Below, piece by piece: positions 8,699 through 15,364 of a stretch of 21,361 bases of DNA (the stretch's first letter is position 1; every line of letters starts with the position of its first letter). The notes beneath the pieces are model-generated. The model was not told the DNA's origin. It saw nothing but the letters and a program-made list of their open reading frames with translations, and did not search any database. This DNA is from a virus. Lineage: Duplodnaviria; Heunggongvirae; Uroviricota; Caudoviricetes. Where the stretch lies: positions 64,001-85,361 of IMG/VR virus record IMGVR_UViG_3300033121_001642. One strand, written 5' to 3'. The position numbers were made by a program, and so were the translations under genes.

Positions 8699-8949
8699 GT
8701 AATTTTCCTAAAAGAACTCTTGATGTTGCTTTGTAATAGAAAGCCATTTCTTATAATTTTGACATCGAACCAATCTTGATGAGAACCGCAAACTGGAATG
8801 CAGGGATTACTGTCTAAGCTTATAAATACAGACTTAGGCGTCCATCCTGTCTTGATTTCTATTTGAGAAATTGACGAAGATACTGTTAGGCTTCCAGATG
8901 CGCTATGTCCAAAAATTAGTTTTAGTATAAACGTGAAGATGTTGATCAT
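8680..8949 (-). CDS. Small beta-rich hypothetical protein, possibly H-type-lectin/gp53-like fold
   Basis: GGAG RBS, overlaps the pyruvyl transferase start. Pattern TPKSVFISL...NGFLL...ITWIA. Confidence 0.7.
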   Translation of the reverse strand: MINIFTFILKLIFGHSASGSLTVSSSISQIEIKTGWTPKSVFISLDSNPCIPVCGSHQDWFDVKIIRNGFLLQSNIKSSFRKITWIAIQ

Positions 8950-9044
8950 TTGAAGTCTCCGTTTGGGTCATTTACTTTTACAAAAACGAGATCAAAAACT
9001 CCTACCTAAGAAGGGATAATCTTTTCAAAGATGTAAGTAATTCT

Positions 9045-10025
9045 ATGAATCTTAATACACTGCCAACTTTGCGAGTAAAAATAGCAGATACAATTGACGC
9101 GCAAGCCCGGGGCTTAATGTTTGTTAAGAGTATGCCTAGGGACTGTGGCATGTTATTTGTTTTTTCATCGAATAGAAAACTTAGTTTTTGGGGAGAGAAC
9201 ACTTTTATTCCTCTTGATATTGCATTTGTAAATGATAAAGGAAAAATTGTTAATATTGAAACGATTTCTCCTTTGTCTAGAAGATCTGTTTCTAGCTCGT
9301 CTCCGTGTCAGTTTGCTGTTGAAGCTAACTTAGGATTCTTTCAGAGTAGCGGAGTTAGACCTGGTGATATGATGATTTTCAACAAAAGCGCGTCTGTGGT
9401 TTCTTTTGCCAAAAGAGACTCTAAAGAGCCGATATCTTCTTTAAGACTTGCTCAACAAATGACGGACGAAGAAATGCTTTCTAAGTTTCCAACATTATCT
9501 GATTATTTCAATCATCTTGATTCTCCAAACCAGCAACCTCAGAGAATAGAGGAAACTAATCTTCCAGTTTTAAGTCAAGACGAAATAGGGCAGTATATAG
9601 AAGATTCGATACAAGAACAGCAAGATATGCAACAGGAAGACGGACTTGCGGTTGAAGAACCGCCCTCTCCTGAAGACACTCAAGAGCAGGAGCAAGAGAG
9701 TTTAGAAGATCTTCAACAAAGAATCCCAACGTTCGGAAGCGTGTCTGAGGCTTTTAATTGGGCGCAAGAAAACAAAGAGGTTATGAAGATTTCGTATCAA
9801 ACAAAATCAAAAAAGAAGGGACTTCGTTTCTTTGGTAATAATGTAATAACTAGGTATATTGAGCCTCATGGAAGATTTACTTCTCATCCAGAGAATGAGC
9901 CTTCCCATGAGATTCTTGTAACTTTTGATGAAACCGTTGGAGGAATTAGGGCCTTTCGTATGCAAAATGTAAGAGAGTTTTCTATTGTTGGAAAAAAGTT
10001 CAACCCTAAGTTTATTGTTCGATAA
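9045..10025 (+). CDS. DUF192 domain + acidic linker + WYL-like domain fusion protein
   Basis: N-terminal VKIADT..AQARGLMF...GMLFVF...FWGENTFIPLDIAFV...FAVEANLG is the DUF192 pattern. C-terminal MKISYQ...TRYIEPHG...ILVTFDETVGGIRAFRMQNV is a WYL-like pattern. Confidence 0.82.
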   Translation: MNLNTLPTLRVKIADTIDAQARGLMFVKSMPRDCGMLFVFSSNRKLSFWGENTFIPLDIAFVNDKGKIVNIETISPLSRRSVSSSSPCQFAVEANLGFFQSSGVRPGDMMIFNKSASVVSFAKRDSKEPISSLRLAQQMTDEEMLSKFPTLSDYFNHLDSPNQQPQRIEETNLPVLSQDEIGQYIEDSIQEQQDMQQEDGLAVEEPPSPEDTQEQEQESLEDLQQRIPTFGSVSEAFNWAQENKEVMKISYQTKSKKKGLRFFGNNVITRYIEPHGRFTSHPENEPSHEILVTFDETVGGIRAFRMQNVREFSIVGKKFNPKFIVR

Positions 10026-10040
10026 AGGAGTCGATTTAAA

Positions 10041-11402
10041 ATGGATAATATCATTCGATTGCTTGTGGAAGCAGCAGAAGCTCTTGACGCTCAAGGCCTA
10101 CGAGCTATAGCAGATAAGGTTGATAAGGTAGCAAATAAGGCCTTTGATGTTAAAACGGCTCAATATGTAGGTATACAGGGCTACGCCGTTAGGAATTCTA
10201 GATGTTGGGGTAACTGCTATAGACAGAAGAGGACTTCTTTTCCAAATAAATCCGCTCAACAGGTTTGGACAGAGTGTCACAAAGAATATGTTGAATCATT
10301 GAATAATGACGGTTCTAAGTGGGACAAGTACGCAGGTTCAGAAAACAACATTAAAATTGGTTCTGAGCTTCATGCTTTCTCTCAAGAAGTTAATGCAAAA
10401 ATTGCTAGTAAGGTTGAAGAGAAAATTGCTGAAGGTTTAGACATTGGCTCTGCCGTTTATGCTTCAATTGAAGAGGTTGCAAGCGAGCCAAATGAGCTTA
10501 TGATTTCTGCAAGTAATGAAATTATGGACATTGCGTCTAGACTTGTTTCTAACCCAGAAATAGCCGAAAAGCTTACAGCCGCTGCTGAAGAAATGGTAAA
10601 AGAAGCTGGTATAATGGATTTTTTCAAGGGCGTTGGACAGGGAGTTAAGAATTGGGGTAGTAACGTTGCTTATACTGGAAAACTAAGCTCATCAATAAAT
10701 CAACTAAATAGTAATTTTGAAGAATTCAAGAAAGCTTACGGTCAGGCCAATCAAACTTGGGGACAGCTTTCAGGCAATATTTCTTCTTTGTCGCAAGAGT
10801 TAAATAGGGCTGCAAATGACCCGAACTCGACTCCTCAGCAAAAACAACAAGCTTCAACAGCGATGCAGCATCTTAGTAATGTTTCAAGTTTGATAAAGGC
10901 GAAAAATATTCAAGGCGTAATGCAGAACTGGCCTAATACTCTAACTTCTTTGAATTCTATACTGAGAGGTAATTATGGCAGTTCTCCAGCCGCTCCGACC
11001 TCTGCTCCGACCTCTGCTCCAGCAACTGCTCCAGCAACTGCTCCAGCAACTGCTCCAGCAAGCGCTCCAACAACTCCGTCCTCTACTCCAGCAAGCGCCT
11101 CTCCAGCAGCCGCTCCTGGAGTTAATCCGTCAGCGTCTTCTAATCCATTAGGAGGAGCTTCTCCTGCGGCGACAACCTCAACTCCTAGCGGCCCAATAGG
11201 AACCATGCCTACGGGAAGCTCGTTTAGCGGTCCCTCGTTTAGCGGCGGAACCTCAACCATGACAGGCCCTGGAGCGGGCGGCGGTGGAGGTTCCGCTATG
11301 ACGGGCCCTGGGGTTGGAGCAAATCCTACAGCGCCAGCCGCTCCAACAGGCCGTCCTCCGCAACCAAGAAACAAAGGTAGGTTTGCTCCAAGAAAACCTT
11401 AA
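10041..11402 (+). CDS. Hypothetical protein: helical/Cys-containing N-terminus, coiled-coil-like middle, Pro/Ala/Ser/Thr/Gly-rich tail
   Basis: AAGGAG RBS, 453 aa. CWGNC...C motif near the N-terminus and a low-complexity C-terminal ~145 aa. Confidence 0.82.
   Translation: MDNIIRLLVEAAEALDAQGLRAIADKVDKVANKAFDVKTAQYVGIQGYAVRNSRCWGNCYRQKRTSFPNKSAQQVWTECHKEYVESLNNDGSKWDKYAGSENNIKIGSELHAFSQEVNAKIASKVEEKIAEGLDIGSAVYASIEEVASEPNELMISASNEIMDIASRLVSNPEIAEKLTAAAEEMVKEAGIMDFFKGVGQGVKNWGSNVAYTGKLSSSINQLNSNFEEFKKAYGQANQTWGQLSGNISSLSQELNRAANDPNSTPQQKQQASTAMQHLSNVSSLIKAKNIQGVMQNWPNTLTSLNSILRGNYGSSPAAPTSAPTSAPATAPATAPATAPASAPTTPSSTPASASPAAAPGVNPSASSNPLGGASPAATTSTPSGPIGTMPTGSSFSGPSFSGGTSTMTGPGAGGGGGSAMTGPGVGANPTAPAAPTGRPPQPRNKGRFAPRKP
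10992..11075 (+). repeat. Seven tandem 12-bp units encoding AP(T/A)(S/T)
   Basis: gctccgacctct x2, gctccagcaact x3, gctccagcaagc, gctccaacaact; all in frame within the CDS. Confidence 0.92.
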
Positions 11403-11430
11403 TTGAAAAGAAGGAATTTTGGAATATAAC
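11403..11430 (+). promoter_or_regulatory. Candidate sigma70-type promoter
   Basis: TTGAAA (11403-11408), 16-nt spacer, TATAAC (11425-11430), in one of the few intergenic gaps. AAGGAG RBS at 11468-11473. Confidence 0.45.
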
Positions 11431-11482
11431 CAGAAATCAAGAACAGGCTAAATAGCCATTAGATCCAAAGGAGTGTATTGAT

Positions 11483-12133
11483 ATGAAGTTTTATACGAAC
11501 AAGATTTCGACTGGTAAGTCACAGAACTTCGGCGAATTTGTACAAAAACTTGCTGCAAGTAATGTAGCTTTCTCTAAGACCGCCAACATTGCTAATCTTG
11601 GAGACAAGAAAGCTCCTCCATTCGGCAAGAAGGAAGAGAAGAAAGATGATAAGGAAGTGGATAACGCCAATAAGGCTGAAGGCACGGAAAAGGAATCTTG
11701 CAACGCTTCCGCTGAAAAGGAAGTTAAGGTTGCTAAAGAAGAGTGCTGCAAGGAAAAAGACGGCGAAACGCATGTCAAGATGCAGGAAATGGATCCCGTT
11801 GGCGGCACGAATACCGGCAAGCCAGAGGGCGAAAAGAAGAAGGCCTCTGTTGCAAAGAAGGCTGATAACTCCGAGATTCCAGCAGAGAACAAGGGCGTAA
11901 CCCATGAGGTTGATAAGTGCTGCGGCGCTCCAACGAGCGGCGACGGTAGCGAAGGCTCTAAGAAGTCTGAGGGCAAGAGCGAAGCCAAGACTGAGGAAAA
12001 GAAGGAAGCTTCTGCTTCTCGCAGAATGGTTCGCATTGCAAACCTTGACTCCAAGACCAAGAACGAATGGAAAAACTATTGGAAGAAGCTTTACCCATCC
12101 GAGTACGTTGACGCAATGTTCGCTGATAAGTAA
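11483..12133 (+). CDS. Lys/Glu-rich, largely disordered hypothetical protein with YWxxLYP C-terminal motif; possible head core/scaffold-like protein
   Basis: Strong RBS, 216 aa, highly charged, multiple KxA sites. Confidence 0.82.
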   Translation: MKFYTNKISTGKSQNFGEFVQKLAASNVAFSKTANIANLGDKKAPPFGKKEEKKDDKEVDNANKAEGTEKESCNASAEKEVKVAKEECCKEKDGETHVKMQEMDPVGGTNTGKPEGEKKKASVAKKADNSEIPAENKGVTHEVDKCCGAPTSGDGSEGSKKSEGKSEAKTEEKKEASASRRMVRIANLDSKTKNEWKNYWKKLYPSEYVDAMFADK

Positions 12134-12160
12134 ATCTCTTCCAACAATTAGGAGTTCGTA

Positions 12161-12931
12161 ATGCGCATTGTCCCGAGCGGTACTAAAAGAACAGTTACGG
12201 CTCAGCAGGCTAAGCCAGGGAATCCTCCTCCAAGAGAGGGGATTCAACAGGAGGATATAACTCCTGGGGCAAAACCTGCTGAGGGCGGTGACTTTAATCC
12301 AATGGCTAAGCTTGATAATACACTTCAGCAAAAACTAACGGCAAAACCAGCGGTTCCAAATCAACAACAGCTTGCGAATTCTCTAAAGTTTCCAGGCGCT
12401 CAACAGCAAGATCCAAAGCAAGCAATTGCTAAGAATATTGAGAACATTCAAGCCTTCAAAGAAGACTTTACAGGCTTTGTTCAAAAATTCAATATCAATA
12501 TGCAGCTTATTACAAGAGATAAAAATAAGCGAAAAATGCTTGATCGTATGTTCAAGATAGCTCCAACAACAGGTAAAGGTCGTATCGAAATACCTGGTTG
12601 GTGGATTGGCCCAGACGGTCAGCGCCATGTTATACAATACACAGAGGCGTATCAGTCTTTGAAAGAAATAGCAAACAATCATGAGTTTGAGATTGTTCCG
12701 ACAGAAATGGGCATGGGCGAGGATGTTTATGTATTTGACGTAAATCCTCTATCCGCTTCTGTTGAAGAAACCCCTGCTCTTAATGGTCTAGAGCAAATGT
12801 ACGGTAGCGGAGCGGGTAATTCTGATCATGGCGAAAGAAAAGCAGCAGAATCTAGACACTCCTTTATCAAACAAAGTCACAATGAAATTCTAGCCTCTCT
12901 TATGAAGAGCGGTTTTGGAGGTAAAAGATGA
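12161..12931 (+). CDS. Hypothetical protein (Gln/Pro-rich N-terminus)
   Basis: AGGAG RBS, 256 aa. Confidence 0.8.
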   Translation: MRIVPSGTKRTVTAQQAKPGNPPPREGIQQEDITPGAKPAEGGDFNPMAKLDNTLQQKLTAKPAVPNQQQLANSLKFPGAQQQDPKQAIAKNIENIQAFKEDFTGFVQKFNINMQLITRDKNKRKMLDRMFKIAPTTGKGRIEIPGWWIGPDGQRHVIQYTEAYQSLKEIANNHEFEIVPTEMGMGEDVYVFDVNPLSASVEETPALNGLEQMYGSGAGNSDHGERKAAESRHSFIKQSHNEILASLMKSGFGGKR

Positions 12932-13704
12932 TTCGTAAACAAGCTCAAAAATCAAGTCTTGTTGATGCTCTTCTTGGAACGTCAGATAAGAAGTCCGATT
13001 ATCGTAAAGAAGTTAATGAAAGACAGCCTGAAATGAAGCAAGCCAAGAAGATTGAAAAAGATCGTTCTTGGGCTAAGCAGGAGAATAGAGTTGCTGAATA
13101 CAACAACCCTATTGCTCGTGGTGTTTCTAGCGTAAGGCCTTCTCGTTGCGCAAGCAAGGGTGGTATTACCGATATGGGCGGTCCAACAAAGCAGATTGGC
13201 TGCGAAAGCAATAACTCTGTTTGGGATTCTGATATTCTCGGGAAGAAAGCTGAAAATATTTCTTCTAGAGAAGCAACAGCAGAAGAAAAAGCTTCGTCTG
13301 ATAGAATTCGTCAAAAGAAACAAGCAGAATATAAGCAAAGCATGAGTCCTAAACTTGGCGAAGACGCCGACGCTCTTGCTCAGAAGTCTTCTTCTGTAAA
13401 TCCAGCCTCTGCTAAGAGTAGCGGCAAGGGATGGGTTCCTTCGAATAAGATTAGCATGTTTGATAACAACTTGAACTTTGATAGATTGACAGCTATTGAG
13501 AATAGAGTTAGTCCAAAGGTTGAAAAGCAAGAAGTAAAGAAGGCAAGCCATCTTGGTAACAAGAAGGTTGCTTCTTCGAAGGACATGACCAATAGATTTG
13601 TTGACGGCATAGTTGATCAAAAGAAAGACTCTTCCTACAAGAGCGTTCATGACGATGCAACCTCTAGATTGTTCAAGGTTTTGTCTGAAAGAAACAAGGA
13701 GTAA
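12928..13704 (+). CDS. Hypothetical Lys/Ser-rich protein (MIRKQAQ leader)
   Basis: GGAGGT RBS and ATGA overlap, 258 aa. Confidence 0.8.
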   Translation: MIRKQAQKSSLVDALLGTSDKKSDYRKEVNERQPEMKQAKKIEKDRSWAKQENRVAEYNNPIARGVSSVRPSRCASKGGITDMGGPTKQIGCESNNSVWDSDILGKKAENISSREATAEEKASSDRIRQKKQAEYKQSMSPKLGEDADALAQKSSSVNPASAKSSGKGWVPSNKISMFDNNLNFDRLTAIENRVSPKVEKQEVKKASHLGNKKVASSKDMTNRFVDGIVDQKKDSSYKSVHDDATSRLFKVLSERNKE

Positions 13705-13707
13705 TTA

Positions 13708-14934
13708 ATGCCTGTAACGCCAGGGCCATCTGCTGCTAATGGAATCGAAAAGGTTAATCTTGGTCTTGCTCAGCAGGCTAATAACAACCTTCAGGCTGTC
13801 AATCCAGGCGTTGACCCAACAAGGCCGAAGTTTGAACAGCAGAATTTTTTGGATACACTAAGACAGGAATTGGAAATGGCTCAAGAAGAGGCTACTCAGG
13901 GGATTGACGACGTTGATCAAGAGCAATCGGACGTAAACAACGTTAGCGGGATGCCTATTATGGCTTCTTATTTTAATCTATCAAAGGTTGCCCAGTTTCA
14001 AGAGGCCCCAATGATGGGCGGAGATATTGGGGTTCCTATGGCTGACCCAGCGATCGATCCAATGGCTACAGATCCTTCAATTGATCAGTCTCAGCCAGAT
14101 TTGCAATCTCAGTTTAATAGTCCGCAAGAACTTCAATCTTTGTTGGATCAAAATGCGGATAATCCTGAATTTATAAACGAAATAGTTCAGTCGGCTCCTA
14201 CTGATAGTCAATCTCTTGTTAGAGACGCTGTTCAGAGATATTATGAGCCAGAAAGAGATCCTGCCGACAAAACGATTATAGCGGCAGAAGTTTTCAAAGC
14301 CATTCACGGCAGAGGACAAGGGGAAGAAACAGTGGATGCGAATTATACTCAAGCTTCAGCAGAAAATGCTGTAAATGAAACATTGAAAATAATTGAGGCG
14401 TTTGCAAAGAAAGCTGCTTCGTCTCAGAAAATAAACAAGAAAGCTTCTTACAATCTTAAGAAAGAAGCTCAGTACGGTGTTAATAGAAATGGTGGAAGTG
14501 AGTTTATTAACTTTGGTCCAGACTCTAAGAGGGTCTTTCCTCATAGCAACACAGGGCTTCTTGGCAGCGAGTGGCATAACTGGATTAGAGGTCGAGACCA
14601 TAACTTCATTTTCGACGACAGAGCGTTTGATTTCGAAACTTTCTGGCGCGGTAATATAATGGATAAGTACAGCCAGCCTTATCGTAATGATAAGGGAGAA
14701 TGGGTTGGCGGTTATATCAACAAGAGATTTGATGTAGATCGCAACATACCAGAAGGTAATAACTTGCAGTTGTTGCCAGGGCAGCGTCGTCGTCCATATT
14801 TGCCAGAGTTTGCGACTATAGAGGCCCGCATGGAGGCTTCAAGAAAGAAGATGGCAGAGGATAGGAGATACGAGCCAACAGATACAGAAGCTAAGCCTTA
14901 TAACTGGAAAGAAGCTGCTGTAAAAAAAAAGTGA
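13708..14934 (+). CDS. Hypothetical protein with internal FNLSKVAQ and YNLKKEAQ motifs
   Basis: AAGGAG RBS, 408 aa. Acidic N-terminal half and aromatic-rich C-terminal domain. Confidence 0.82.
   Translation: MPVTPGPSAANGIEKVNLGLAQQANNNLQAVNPGVDPTRPKFEQQNFLDTLRQELEMAQEEATQGIDDVDQEQSDVNNVSGMPIMASYFNLSKVAQFQEAPMMGGDIGVPMADPAIDPMATDPSIDQSQPDLQSQFNSPQELQSLLDQNADNPEFINEIVQSAPTDSQSLVRDAVQRYYEPERDPADKTIIAAEVFKAIHGRGQGEETVDANYTQASAENAVNETLKIIEAFAKKAASSQKINKKASYNLKKEAQYGVNRNGGSEFINFGPDSKRVFPHSNTGLLGSEWHNWIRGRDHNFIFDDRAFDFETFWRGNIMDKYSQPYRNDKGEWVGGYINKRFDVDRNIPEGNNLQLLPGQRRRPYLPEFATIEARMEASRKKMAEDRRYEPTDTEAKPYNWKEAAVKKK
14922..14931 (+). other. Candidate -1 ribosomal frameshift site (A9 run; A_AAA_AAG at 14925-14931)
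   Basis: The heptamer is in the correct X_XXY_YYZ phase directly before the stop. The -1 frame is the open frame of the next ORF. Confidence 0.45.
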
Positions 14935-15353
14935 TAGCACAGTCTCTTCCTAAGATACCGTCTCTTCCTCCTATAGACAAAGTTAAGCCTCTAGCTCTTG
15001 AAAAAGTATGTCCATCGTGCAGTTCGGATAACACTCCGACTGCTGTTTTATGCGCTAATTGCGGCGCTGATATTGCAAAAGTAAGAGCGCTTCCTAAACA
15101 AAGAAAAAGAGATCAAGAAGGCCCCCAAAAAGGACAAAACCCTCACGAGACCCTCATGAGCGGTGTTCCTATTAACAAGGTTCATGTTCCAGGTTTTACT
15201 CCTACGGCCCAATCTTTGATTCCAAGAACAATGAATCCGGCAGTTAAACCGATGAAATCAAATAGGAAGAGGATTTCAGACGACGACGTTCAAGTCGTTG
15301 ACGAAAATCATTTGTCCAACGTTGAGATATCAGCGAATCATTTGGGTCTATAA
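14931..15353 (+). CDS. Zinc-ribbon-containing hypothetical protein
   Basis: CPSC-x10-CANC. GTG start overlaps the previous TGA and has no clear RBS. Confidence 0.72.
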   Translation: MIAQSLPKIPSLPPIDKVKPLALEKVCPSCSSDNTPTAVLCANCGADIAKVRALPKQRKRDQEGPQKGQNPHETLMSGVPINKVHVPGFTPTAQSLIPRTMNPAVKPMKSNRKRISDDDVQVVDENHLSNVEISANHLGL

Positions 15354-15364
15354 CAGGATGACAC

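Noticed and set aside
8950-9044. Divergent promoter region between the glycan cassette and the DUF192 gene
   Set aside because: Promoters are likely here, but no convincing -35/-10 pair or motif shared with 11403-11482 could be identified by eye.
10992-11075. Tandem repeats as a CRISPR array or DGR element
   Set aside because: Units are contiguous, in frame and have no spacers. No cas gene or reverse transcriptase is present in the window.
10973-11374. 133-aa Gly/Ala/Val-rich antisense ORF
   Set aside because: Reverse complement of the Pro/Ala/Thr repeat tail, so it is stop-free by composition.
11491-12331. Overlapping alternative-frame and antisense ORFs (11491-12060, 11519-12331, 11589-11900, 11904-12161)
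   Set aside because: Shadows of a codon-biased, low-complexity real gene. No RBS and no recognisable protein features.
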